In this document: piece by piece, positions 40,495 through 49,934 of the stretch | Numbering within the stretch: position 1 is the first letter of the stretch | Layout of the letters: every line of letters starts with the position of its first letter | Source: Blastocatellia bacterium | GTDB lineage: Bacteria; Acidobacteriota; Blastocatellia; UBA7656 | DNA: 64,000 bases | Direction: 5' to 3' | NCBI GenBank assembly: GCA_963765495.1 | Contig: CAVXWP010000008.1 | Location: 384,001-448,000, forward strand | Notes under the pieces: model-generated | The model's database searches: none | Told to the model about the DNA's origin: nothing | The model's input: only the letters and a program-made list of their open reading frames with translations | Position numbers and translations under genes: made by a program

Positions 40495-42408
40495 ATGAGA
40501 GCATTTGTAATGCGGGCAGTGTCGCCGGGTATTCCGTACCTGAGCATAATATTGATAGTTTCGATGCCGTTTTTCTTAACTGCATGTGCGGTTGATAAGC
40601 AGGCTCCAACCGCTGAAAAGGTGAAGATGGAAGAAGACATTCATTCGTTTGCAAAGCCGTCTTATGCGGTGGTCACTCATCTTGATCTCGACGCAAATGT
40701 AGACTTTGACAAGAAACAGATCACAGGCAAGGCCGGTCTGGATTTTACAAATAAGACCGGAGCACAACAGATATTTCTCGACACCCGAGACCTGACTATA
40801 AATCGCGTAACGCTCGACGACGGCGCGCAGGAGGCTAAATATACCCTCGGCGATGAAGTGAAATACCTTGGACGGCCACTTGTGATAGACATCCTCCCCG
40901 AGACAAAGCGGGTCAATGTCGAGTACACGACAAGCCCCGATGCGGCGGCCCTGCAATGGCTTGACCCCGCTCAGACAGCGGGTGGAAAGAAGCCGTTTCT
41001 CTTTACGCAATCCGAAGCCATTCTTGCGCGCACATGGGTTCCCTGCCAGGACTCTCCCGGCGTGAGGATGACCTATAAGGCAAAGATCAAAACACGCCCC
41101 GATTTGATGGCCATCATGAGCGCGACAAACGCAACAAAGAAGAATGACACGGGCGTTTATGATTTCGAGATGCCGCAGCCGATTCCCTCTTACCTGCTTG
41201 CGCTCGCCGTGGGCGATATAGATTTTCGACCCCTCGGCGCTCGCTCGGGCGTATACGCCGAACCTTCCGTGGTCGATAAAGCGGCCAATGAATTCGTAGA
41301 CCTCGAAAAGATGATCTCCGCAGCCGAATCGCTTTACGGGCCATACAGATGGGAGCGATATGACGTGATAGTGCTGCCTCCGAGCTTTCCATTCGGCGGG
41401 ATGGAAAATCCCCGGCTCACGTTTGCGACGCCGACGGTTATAGCCGGTGACCGCTCGCTCGTCTCCCTGATCGCTCACGAACTGGCGCACTCGTGGTCGG
41501 GCAATCTGGTGACAAACGGAACGTGGAATGATTTCTGGCTAAACGAAGGGTTTACGGTCTATTTCGAGCGCCGGATAATGGAAGCGATTGAGGGGAGAAA
41601 TTACTCGGAGATGCTTGCCGAACTTGGGCATCAGGACCTTGTCAGCACTATAGACGAGATAGGAAAGACCAGCCCCGACACGGCGCTCCATCTCGATCTT
41701 GCGGGGCGTGACCCCGATGACGGCATGTCGGACATTGCATATGAAAAAGGCTATTTCTTTCTTCGCCTGATCGAGGAAACCGTAGGCCGCGAAAAGTGGG
41801 ACGCCTTTCTAAAAGAGTACTTCAATACCCACGCTTTTCAGAGCATGACGACAAGCCGGTTTCTTGATTACCTGCGGGAACATCTACTGAAAAACGATAA
41901 GGCTACAGAGGACAAACTCCAGATAGACAACTGGGTTTACAAACCGGGTCTGCCCGATAACTGCCCGGTGGTCAATTCCACAGAGTTTGCAAGAGTCGAA
42001 ACACAGGCAAAGGCATTTCTTGCAAGTACTCCTCCGGCTGAGCTTGATACGAAGGGATGGACAAGCCATCACTGGCTACATTTCCTGCGCCAGCTTCCCG
42101 CAAAAATGAGCATAGAACAACTTTCAGCACTCGACGCCGCGTATCATTTCACAGACACGGGCAATTCTGAAATCCTGAACGAGTGGCTTCTGCACGCGAT
42201 CCCGAGCAATTACGAACCGGCCTATCCCGCCCTTGAAAGATTTCTTACAAGCATGGGACGCAGAAAATTTCTCAAGCCGCTTTATACAAAGCTTGCGGAG
42301 ACGCCCGAGGGATTGGAACGCGCTCGTCGGATTTATAAGAAGGCCAGACCCGGTTATCATTCGGTCTCTTTCAAGACGATTGATGAGATACTGAAATGGA
42401 ATCAATGA
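40495..42408 (+). CDS. M1 aminopeptidase (leukotriene A4 hydrolase-like), probable lipoprotein
   Basis: GGMENP, HELAH-x18-E (WLNEG), AYEKG, LTA4H-like C-terminal domain (GRRKFLKPLY); lipobox-like LTAC. Confidence 0.92.
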   Translation: MRAFVMRAVSPGIPYLSIILIVSMPFFLTACAVDKQAPTAEKVKMEEDIHSFAKPSYAVVTHLDLDANVDFDKKQITGKAGLDFTNKTGAQQIFLDTRDLTINRVTLDDGAQEAKYTLGDEVKYLGRPLVIDILPETKRVNVEYTTSPDAAALQWLDPAQTAGGKKPFLFTQSEAILARTWVPCQDSPGVRMTYKAKIKTRPDLMAIMSATNATKKNDTGVYDFEMPQPIPSYLLALAVGDIDFRPLGARSGVYAEPSVVDKAANEFVDLEKMISAAESLYGPYRWERYDVIVLPPSFPFGGMENPRLTFATPTVIAGDRSLVSLIAHELAHSWSGNLVTNGTWNDFWLNEGFTVYFERRIMEAIEGRNYSEMLAELGHQDLVSTIDEIGKTSPDTALHLDLAGRDPDDGMSDIAYEKGYFFLRLIEETVGREKWDAFLKEYFNTHAFQSMTTSRFLDYLREHLLKNDKATEDKLQIDNWVYKPGLPDNCPVVNSTEFARVETQAKAFLASTPPAELDTKGWTSHHWLHFLRQLPAKMSIEQLSALDAAYHFTDTGNSEILNEWLLHAIPSNYEPAYPALERFLTSMGRRKFLKPLYTKLAETPEGLERARRIYKKARPGYHSVSFKTIDEILKWNQ

Positions 42409-42478
42409 TTGACCCAAAGAGATAAGCCGACTTTATCAGTGGACTTTGGGAACCAACCATTCACGTTTAGGAGGAAGG

Positions 42479-44371
42479 ATGATTAACAGCCCCGGATCGC
42501 GTATTTCAGCGGTCAAGTTCTTTTTGTTTATAAACACATTTCTTGTTTTTGCGGTCATTGCCCCCTCTGACATCCGGGCGCAGCCGCCGGACCCGATCAG
42601 TTATTCGTTGCGATTCCCGGCCCCACATACACACTATGTCACGGTAGAGGCCATGGTGCCTACAGACAAGCGGCCACGAATCGAAATGATGATGGCTGTC
42701 TGGACGCCGGGCTCTTATCTTGTGAGAGAGTTTGAACGCAATGTTGAGGACTTGAAGGCCAGGACATTCGAGGGCAAGCCTCTTGATGTTCATAAAACGT
42801 TAAAGAACAGGTGGGTTTTTGAGACCGGCGGCTCACCGTCGATCATCATCTCTTACAGGGTCTATTGCCACGAAATGTCGGTTCGAACCAACTGGGTAGA
42901 TGCGGGATTCGCGCTTCTCAACGGCGCTCCGACCTTCATGACGCTGGTCGAGGATGGAAAGCGGCCACACGATGTACAGGTATACCTGCCGCCGGGATGG
43001 ACCCAGTCGCTTACGGGACTGCCCGAGATGCCGGGCGGGGGAGTCAATCATTACATCGCAAAGGATTTCGACACGCTCGTCGATTCCCCAATAGTTGCGG
43101 GCAATCCGGCTGTCTACGAATTTGAAGTGGCGGGTAAGAAACACTTTCTTGTAAACGTAGGCGAGGGGGGAGTGTGGGACGGCCCCAGATCGGCAAAGGA
43201 TGTTGAGAAAATAGTCCGCGAAAACCTCAAGTTATGGGGATTTCTCCCTTACGACAAATATCTTTTCCTGAACATGATTGTCGAATCGGGCGGAGGTCTT
43301 GAGCACAAGAATTCTACGGTGATGATGACCAGCCGGTGGGCGACGAGGACCGAGCGGCGCTATAAGGGATGGCTCGGACTGGTGAGTCACGAATATTTCC
43401 ACGCCTGGAATGTGAAGCGACTGAGGCCGGTCGAGCTTGGCCCGTTCAATTATGAAACCGAGGTCTACACAAAGAGCCTTTGGATAGCCGAGGGAATCAC
43501 AAGCTATTACGGTGAGCTTCTATTGCGGCGCGCCGGGCTGATCACACAGGATGATTATCTTGAGGGCCTTTCAAATGACGTTGCCCAGTTGCAAAACACA
43601 CCGGGCCGGCTGGTTCAGCCCGTTGAGATGGCATCATACGACGCGTGGATAAAGGCCTACCGCCCGGATGAAAATTCGACAAACACCGAGATCAGTTATT
43701 ACACAAAAGGATCGGTGCTTGGGTTTCTGCTCGACGCCAGGATAAGACACGCAACCAATGGTGCTAAGAGCCTCGACGACGTGATGAGACTGGCCTATCA
43801 GCGATATTCCGGCGAGCACGGATATACGCCGCAGGATTTTCAAAAGACAGCTTCCGAAGTTGCCGGGACTGATTTGAGTAGCTGGTTTAAGAAGTCCCTT
43901 GAGACCACCGAGGAACTGGACTATACAGAGGCTCTCGACTGGTTTGGATTGGAGTTCAAGAATCCTTCGGAGACCAAAAAACAGGAGGCTGCCGGTAAGG
44001 AGGAGCCCGCCGAAAACAACGCGCCTGAGAAAAAGGGGAAGGCGTGGCTCGGGGTGAACACAAGAGTTAATGACGGCCGCATAGTGGTGACTCAGATTCG
44101 ACGAGAGACACCGGCATACGACGCCGGGTTTAACGTGGACGATGAAATCCTCGCAGTAGATGATTATCGAGTCACGGCATCTCAGTGGCCATCGAGGCTC
44201 GAGCAGTACAAACCGGGCGACAAGATTTCGGTACTGGTCGCGAGGCGAGACCTTTTGATGAGAATAGAGACCACGCTCGGGACCGAACCTCTCAATCAGT
44301 GGAAACTTCAGGTAAAACCAAAAGCCACGGATGCGGACAAAATGCATTCAAAGGGATGGCTCGGGGCCTGA
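42479..44371 (+). CDS. M61 glycyl aminopeptidase with PDZ domain
   Basis: WTPGSYLVREF, GGGLEH, HEYFHAWNVKR, WIAEGITSYY, SYYTKG, C-terminal PDZ; AGGAGG RBS before ATG 42479. Confidence 0.93.
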   Translation: MINSPGSRISAVKFFLFINTFLVFAVIAPSDIRAQPPDPISYSLRFPAPHTHYVTVEAMVPTDKRPRIEMMMAVWTPGSYLVREFERNVEDLKARTFEGKPLDVHKTLKNRWVFETGGSPSIIISYRVYCHEMSVRTNWVDAGFALLNGAPTFMTLVEDGKRPHDVQVYLPPGWTQSLTGLPEMPGGGVNHYIAKDFDTLVDSPIVAGNPAVYEFEVAGKKHFLVNVGEGGVWDGPRSAKDVEKIVRENLKLWGFLPYDKYLFLNMIVESGGGLEHKNSTVMMTSRWATRTERRYKGWLGLVSHEYFHAWNVKRLRPVELGPFNYETEVYTKSLWIAEGITSYYGELLLRRAGLITQDDYLEGLSNDVAQLQNTPGRLVQPVEMASYDAWIKAYRPDENSTNTEISYYTKGSVLGFLLDARIRHATNGAKSLDDVMRLAYQRYSGEHGYTPQDFQKTASEVAGTDLSSWFKKSLETTEELDYTEALDWFGLEFKNPSETKKQEAAGKEEPAENNAPEKKGKAWLGVNTRVNDGRIVVTQIRRETPAYDAGFNVDDEILAVDDYRVTASQWPSRLEQYKPGDKISVLVARRDLLMRIETTLGTEPLNQWKLQVKPKATDADKMHSKGWLGA

Positions 44372-44399
44372 TTTCTAAAATGTCATTCAGGAAATTTGG

Positions 44400-44487
44400 A
44401 ATAGGGTACGGATGACACGGATCGGGCGGATAAACACGGGGTAGACCTTATTTGATTTAGTCCGCGTAATTCCACCCAATCCGTGGT
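44400..44487. repeat. CGGAT-periodic REP-like element, copy 2
   Basis: AATAGGGTACGGATGACACGGATCGGGCGGAT...AATCCGTGG between convergent genes. Confidence 0.7.
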
Positions 44488-44493
44488 CTGTTT

Positions 44494-45477
44494 CTATTCG
44501 CCATTTTTTGGATTTCCCGCCTGTCTTGACTTTCGCTGTAACTCCCGGAGCCTTCGGTATCCAATCCGTTTTATCCCCTGAGATTCAAGCAAGCGACGTA
44601 TCCCTTCATCGGTTGTAAAGAGCCTGTGTTCGGTGGCACGCATCTGCCAGGAACCAGTAATGTGCTGCATCTCTTCGCCAGCAAGCGCAGCGTGGATATA
44701 GAGTTCGGTGACTCCGGGTTTCAACTCGCTCAGTATGCGGGGCCAGTAGGCTTCGACCGACTCTCCGGGTTTTCGCATGTCGTGAATCAGGTAGTCAGGA
44801 TAGATAATCCCATCTTCATCGAGCTGGCCACGCTGATGTCCCCCGCCCCCGGCAACCAGTTGGTCCTGAGACGCCATCCTGATCGGCAGATCAAACTCCT
44901 TCGCAAGCCGCCTGTACATCTGGAAATACTGCTCGTTGTACTGCATGGTGCCCATGTGCGAATCCAGATGCGTGACATCTATCCCTGCGGCCAGCGCTTT
45001 TTGAATCTGCGCGCGAGCTTCGATATAAGCCTGCTCGGGTGTGGAATTCTTATAAACTCTTTCGACATCAGGCCACAAATATCCCTGCGGATCAACGAGG
45101 CCGGGCACCTCCGATTTAGAAGCAACAGGTCCCCACTTGTAATGCTTCCACTCGCTTGTCTGAACGAGGTGTAATCCAAAATCAGCCTCCGGGTGAGTCA
45201 CGGCGTAATCCGCAATCTCAAGAAACCACGGGCACGGAACCATAATGCTCCCGCTTGTGATCAGCCCGTGCTCCATCCCGTCAATAGTCGCGGCATTCGA
45301 CGCGTGGCTCATGCCTACATCATCGCCGTTGACGATCAGAATTTTATCGTTCTTGTTAAAGCCCAGACGCTCGGCCAGGGTCAATTTGCCGGATTGGGGA
45401 TCTTTCTTATTCTGGAAGGCAAAAGCCGATAACAGGGGCGTGAGGACAAGGAAAATCAGTAAAGCCAGGATTCTCAT
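44494..45477 (-). CDS. ChbG/YdjC-family deacetylase, exported
   Basis: Signal peptide; LIVNGDDVG, GLHL, THLDSHMG, GVTELYIH. Confidence 0.88.
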   Translation of the reverse strand: MRILALLIFLVLTPLLSAFAFQNKKDPQSGKLTLAERLGFNKNDKILIVNGDDVGMSHASNAATIDGMEHGLITSGSIMVPCPWFLEIADYAVTHPEADFGLHLVQTSEWKHYKWGPVASKSEVPGLVDPQGYLWPDVERVYKNSTPEQAYIEARAQIQKALAAGIDVTHLDSHMGTMQYNEQYFQMYRRLAKEFDLPIRMASQDQLVAGGGGHQRGQLDEDGIIYPDYLIHDMRKPGESVEAYWPRILSELKPGVTELYIHAALAGEEMQHITGSWQMRATEHRLFTTDEGIRRLLESQGIKRIGYRRLRELQRKSRQAGNPKNGE

Positions 45478-45527
45478 CTTTCAATATCCTTTCTTCTAAT
45501 ATTTCCGTTCATTCACCGCAGTGATGC

Positions 45528-46007
45528 TTACTCCTGAGGTCGCGCGGGAACAAGCAACCTGAGCATCCAGAGCATCAGACAACCCGTTGCCGCTCCAAAC
45601 AGAGTGCCGGCACCGATGCCAAGCGTCAGATGCCCCAGTATGTGACGCACGTGGTATATATCATCTCCGGGCGCGGAAAATTCGGGCGCGGTGTAGATAT
45701 TATTTATCCCGGTAATGACTGCAAAGAGTATCGCAAGAATAACAAGCACCTGCCCCCAGGCGACCAGGAGAAAGGATGAGAGAACAACGCTCGGATAGCT
45801 GCCATACACCTTCATGTGGATAATGAATACGGCGAGCAGGACCGAAAGCGAAGCCGCTCCGGTCACGCTGAACAGGTGCACGAGCCCCGGCGATACGCCT
45901 GCCGAGTCAAGCACGAGCCTCAAAATCCAGACCGCCGCGATAAACCCAAAAAGAGGCGTCAGCATATGTAAATGGTCGGCCAGCCCGTGCTCTCCGATTC
46001 TCATCAT
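45528..46007 (-). CDS. Four-TM hypothetical membrane protein
   Basis: Four hydrophobic segments; 10 bp downstream of the PP2C gene. Confidence 0.7.
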   Translation of the reverse strand: MMRIGEHGLADHLHMLTPLFGFIAAVWILRLVLDSAGVSPGLVHLFSVTGAASLSVLLAVFIIHMKVYGSYPSVVLSSFLLVAWGQVLVILAILFAVITGINNIYTAPEFSAPGDDIYHVRHILGHLTLGIGAGTLFGAATGCLMLWMLRLLVPARPQE

Positions 46008-46017
46008 ATCCCCCTAT

Positions 46018-46959
46018 TCAGCTTTCAATCGCCCTCACAATCAAGAGCGTCATATCATCTTCAAGTTCTTTGCCCGACCAGCTACTGACTGCGTCAAGCA
46101 CAAGCCTCTGGATTGCAGCAAGCGGCTTTTTCGCATGGGCTTCGATCAAGGCCGCAAGCCTCTGTTCCCCGAATTCATCTCCGATTGCCGATGTCGCCTC
46201 CGTTATGCCGTCAGAGTATAACACCACGATGTCTCCCGGCAGCATTTCAACCGTCCCGGTCTCGAATTGCGCTTCCGGGAACATACCAAGCGGCATGCCC
46301 CCTTTATCCAGTTGCTGGCCGCGACACGAACCCGCAAGGATGGGCAAGAGGTGCCCGGCATTTATGTAGGAGAGCCGTCGCCGGGAAGGGTCGAACTCGG
46401 CATAGAAGAACGTCGCGAACTTTGAATCATCAGTCACCTGATGAAGGTGACGATTCAGCCGCGAGCAGACTTCACAAGGCGTCTGAGATGATTGAGCCAG
46501 CGTGCGCAGAACCGCCTGTAGGTTGGCCATGATTATCGCCGCCGATATTCCTTTTCCGCTTATGTCGGCGATGGCAAAGATAAGCCTGCCGTCGGGCAAT
46601 TGCATCACATCATAATAATCCCCGCTTATCCCTCGGGCAGGGATGCAGATGGCTGAAAACTCAAGCCCTTCGCTTGGCAAATGTCTGGGAAAGAGCGCCC
46701 TCTGCACCTCCCTCGCAAAATTCAACTCTGCTTCCTTCCGCGCAAGCTGGTGACGGCTCGCCTGGAGTTCCAGCCTCACTCGATAGAGCGATGCAAGAAG
46801 AACAGCCGCCGCCGTCGTGCCGCCAAATGTCAGCCCCCACGTAATCAGCACCGATTGTTGAAGAAGATTCCGCCCCAGAAAAAGGAGCAGGCCCGCGCCC
46901 AGCAGAAAGCCGATCAAATAAACTCTGTCTCTATTCTCTTTTACCAGGGAGTTTTCCAT
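46018..46959 (-). CDS. Membrane-anchored PP2C/SpoIIE (RsbU-like) phosphatase
   Basis: Two TMs, coiled coil, AREVQ, ISGDYYD, ADISGKG, YSDGITEA, EDDMT. Confidence 0.9.
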   Translation of the reverse strand: MENSLVKENRDRVYLIGFLLGAGLLLFLGRNLLQQSVLITWGLTFGGTTAAAVLLASLYRVRLELQASRHQLARKEAELNFAREVQRALFPRHLPSEGLEFSAICIPARGISGDYYDVMQLPDGRLIFAIADISGKGISAAIIMANLQAVLRTLAQSSQTPCEVCSRLNRHLHQVTDDSKFATFFYAEFDPSRRRLSYINAGHLLPILAGSCRGQQLDKGGMPLGMFPEAQFETGTVEMLPGDIVVLYSDGITEATSAIGDEFGEQRLAALIEAHAKKPLAAIQRLVLDAVSSWSGKELEDDMTLLIVRAIES

Positions 46960-46974
46960 AACCGTAGATTCGGG

Positions 46975-49347
46975 CTAAAACCTTCGCTTCTCTTCATCCA
47001 ACACCTGCGCTACGAGTTCAAACTCTTCTCTTAGCCGCTTGATGAGGGATACTGCTTCGGGTCCTACAGTGATCGAGTGTTCATCTTCAAGGGCTTCGCA
47101 AATCTCCTTCATTCGCCCGGCCCCAAGTGTCAGGCAACTGCCCTTTAGCGCGTGGGCCGCCTGTTTTATAGTCTTCCCATCCCGGTCAGCAAGCGCGCTC
47201 TCAAGAGTCGCTATCCGTTTTGGCGCGTCCGCAAGAAAAATGTTTAGCAACTCGATCACAAGTCCACGGTTGCCTGCGCCTGCAAACTTTGAAAATTCAT
47301 CCAGGACGGCAAGATCAACCGCCTGCTCTTTTGCCGTCCCTTTGATTGCTTGATCGGGTCTCTCTTGAGGTTTGTCCGCCACAGACGCACCCCATCGGCC
47401 AAGCACCCGCATCAAGTCTGCGGGCCGTATAGGTTTGCTGATGTAGTCATCCATGCCCGCTTCAAGACACCTCTCCCGATCACCCTGCATAGCGTTTGCC
47501 GTCATCGCTATTATCGGGATATGGCCTAAATCGCCTTCACGGCTTCGAATTTCAGCCGTAGCTTCATAACCATCCATCACAGGCATCTGACAATCCATCA
47601 AGATTAGATCAAAGGTTTCATTCTCAAACGCACCAAGCGCATCCGAGCCGTTTGACGCGGCGCGGACGCTGTGGCCAAGTTTCTGAAGTTGCACAAGCGC
47701 GATCTGCTGGTTGACCGGATTATCTTCGACAAGAAGGATGCGCGCGGGTCGTGAATTCGCGCTCTCAATGTAGGCGGAGACGGCAGCGGCTGCGCGCTCT
47801 TCCTCAAGTGCCGGGTCAGTGATTGATCGTTCCTCAAACAATACCGTGAACCAGAATGTGGCCCCCTCACCCGGCTTGCTGATGACGCCGATCTCGCCTC
47901 CCATCATCTCGACAAGCTGCTTTGAGATTGCGAGTCCAAGCCCGGTTCCTCCAAACTTGCGAGTCGTGGAAGTGTCCGCCTGAATAAAGGGTTGGAACAA
48001 TCGTTTACAAGCCTCTTCGGAAATCCCTATGCCGGTATCTTTGACCTCAAACCTTATTCGGATTTGAGAATCGAGCGTTTCAGTGGGCTCGACGCGGAGG
48101 ATGATCTCTCCCTTCTGGGTGAATTTTATGGCGTTTCCCAGCAGATTCATGAGCACCTGCCGCAATCGAGTAGGGTCACCGCCTACGATCATCGGCACGT
48201 CCTCGTGGATCTGCGGCCACATCTCGACCCCTTTTATGTGGGCCTGCTCTCTCAAAAGAGTTATGACGCTTTCAATGGTTTCGCGCAGGTTGAATGTCAC
48301 AGTTTCGAGCGATAGCTTTCCTGCCTCTATCTTTGAAAAATCGAGAATGTCGTTGATTATGGTCAAAAGCGTCTCGGCGCTTGTTTGTGCTGTCTCAGCA
48401 TACTTGCGCTGTTGTTCGTCAAGACCGGTTTCAAGCAATAGGTCGGTCATCCCAATGACGCCGTTCATCGGGGTGCGTATCTCGTGGCTCATCATGGCTA
48501 GAAACCCTGACTTTGCGCGACTCGCTTCGAGCGCGACCTCTCTTGCGGAGATCAAATCTCGTTCAAGGTTCTTTCTCCGTGTAATGTCGCGGACAATCGC
48601 AAGAACCTCTTCGCGCCCGCATCCTGCTATCCTGATTTCATAATCGCGCAACTCATCGCGTCTTGGGAATCGGAATTCGAATAACTCAAGCAGATTACCT
48701 TCAAGCACTCGAACCACACATTCCATTATCTGATCTGAGAGCTCTTCCGGCAGGACAGACGATATATTTTTCCCCACTACCCCCGACAATAAAGAGAGAT
48801 GATCGCCCCCCTTTCTCATTCTGCAATCAAGGATGTTTCCGTCCCTGCTCAATTGCAACATTATGTCCGGGATCGCATCCAACAGGGCGCGGTTACGCGC
48901 TTCGGCCCGGCGAAGCGCTTCTTCGGCGCGGGCGAGTCGCTCATAATCGAGGCTTTTCTCCCTCGCCTTCTGAGCCAGTGGCTGCACCTCTTCGTAATCG
49001 AATCTGAGCGGCTCGATGACAAGTATGTCTTTCCCATCCAGGTAAAGAGCCGACAATTCGATCTGTCTCTCATTGCCTTCTGTATCATTCTCTGCCCACG
49101 CGCCGGATTTTATACGGCCTTCAACCTTTTTCTTCCAGAAAGAATCAGCCTCTTCGAGAAAATATTCCACGAAGTAAAACTTCTCCTGTGGCCTTAATCC
49201 GTGACGGCTGGCACGACTCTCCGGGTAGAGGCGGACAAACCAGTCCGGGATCGCACTGATCGCATTGAAAGAGCCGTCATCATTGCGTTCAAATACAACC
49301 ATGTCGAAGGCGGCCAAAACGTTTTCAAGCTTGGTTTCGTCTGTCAT
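46975..49347 (-). CDS. Soluble hybrid histidine kinase (unknown N-domain - PAS - HisKA - HATPase - REC - HPt)
   Basis: [48 protein letters not shown], HPt AHALKG. Confidence 0.93.
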   Translation of the reverse strand: MTDETKLENVLAAFDMVVFERNDDGSFNAISAIPDWFVRLYPESRASRHGLRPQEKFYFVEYFLEEADSFWKKKVEGRIKSGAWAENDTEGNERQIELSALYLDGKDILVIEPLRFDYEEVQPLAQKAREKSLDYERLARAEEALRRAEARNRALLDAIPDIMLQLSRDGNILDCRMRKGGDHLSLLSGVVGKNISSVLPEELSDQIMECVVRVLEGNLLELFEFRFPRRDELRDYEIRIAGCGREEVLAIVRDITRRKNLERDLISAREVALEASRAKSGFLAMMSHEIRTPMNGVIGMTDLLLETGLDEQQRKYAETAQTSAETLLTIINDILDFSKIEAGKLSLETVTFNLRETIESVITLLREQAHIKGVEMWPQIHEDVPMIVGGDPTRLRQVLMNLLGNAIKFTQKGEIILRVEPTETLDSQIRIRFEVKDTGIGISEEACKRLFQPFIQADTSTTRKFGGTGLGLAISKQLVEMMGGEIGVISKPGEGATFWFTVLFEERSITDPALEEERAAAAVSAYIESANSRPARILLVEDNPVNQQIALVQLQKLGHSVRAASNGSDALGAFENETFDLILMDCQMPVMDGYEATAEIRSREGDLGHIPIIAMTANAMQGDRERCLEAGMDDYISKPIRPADLMRVLGRWGASVADKPQERPDQAIKGTAKEQAVDLAVLDEFSKFAGAGNRGLVIELLNIFLADAPKRIATLESALADRDGKTIKQAAHALKGSCLTLGAGRMKEICEALEDEHSITVGPEAVSLIKRLREEFELVAQVLDEEKRRF

Positions 49348-49427
49348 GCTATTTTGAGCTCTAATCATGCCGCAAGAGATCAGTAGTGATGAAAAGTTGT
49401 ATAGGGAAACCTGCTATGACAGCTTGA

Positions 49428-49922
49428 TCATTCGATCATCTTCCCGGCGAGTGCCGTAAAAAGGTCTTCAACACCCTCTCCCGACTTCGCGCTTGTCCGA
49501 ATAACTGACCATCCATTCTGCACCAGATTCTCGATAGAGTCTGAAGGCAGATCCCATTCCTCGTCCAGATCAATCTTGTTGATGGCAAGGATAAACGGGG
49601 CAGTCGCTATTGCCTCGCTTGCCTTCTCTTGAAGCTCCATAGCTTTGTCGAGCGTCCCCCTCCGGGTCGCATCTGCGACGAGCAGATACCCGGATGTCCC
49701 ACGCAGATATGATACTTTCAACTGCGAATACTCATCATCCCCGGCAAGGTCCCATAAGATCAAAGTCACTTCCTTCTGAGAGAGCTGGACCACTTTCTTC
49801 TCAATTTTCACCCCGACTGTCGTATGGTATTTTTCCGAGAAAATGCTCTTTACGTATCGAGCCACAAGGCTCGTCTTTCCAACCCCGGATGCACCTAGCA
49901 TACAGATTTTTTTCTGGAACAA
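49428..49922 (-). CDS. Single-domain Ras/Rab-like small GTPase (Rup type)
   Basis: G1 GASGVGKT, G2 YHTTVGV, G3 WDLAG, G4 NKID, G5 TSAK; TTG start with AAGGAG RBS. Confidence 0.92.
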   Translation of the reverse strand: MFQKKICMLGASGVGKTSLVARYVKSIFSEKYHTTVGVKIEKKVVQLSQKEVTLILWDLAGDDEYSQLKVSYLRGTSGYLLVADATRRGTLDKAMELQEKASEAIATAPFILAINKIDLDEEWDLPSDSIENLVQNGWSVIRTSAKSGEGVEDLFTALAGKMIE

Positions 49923-49934
49923 GGGTTAGCTCCT

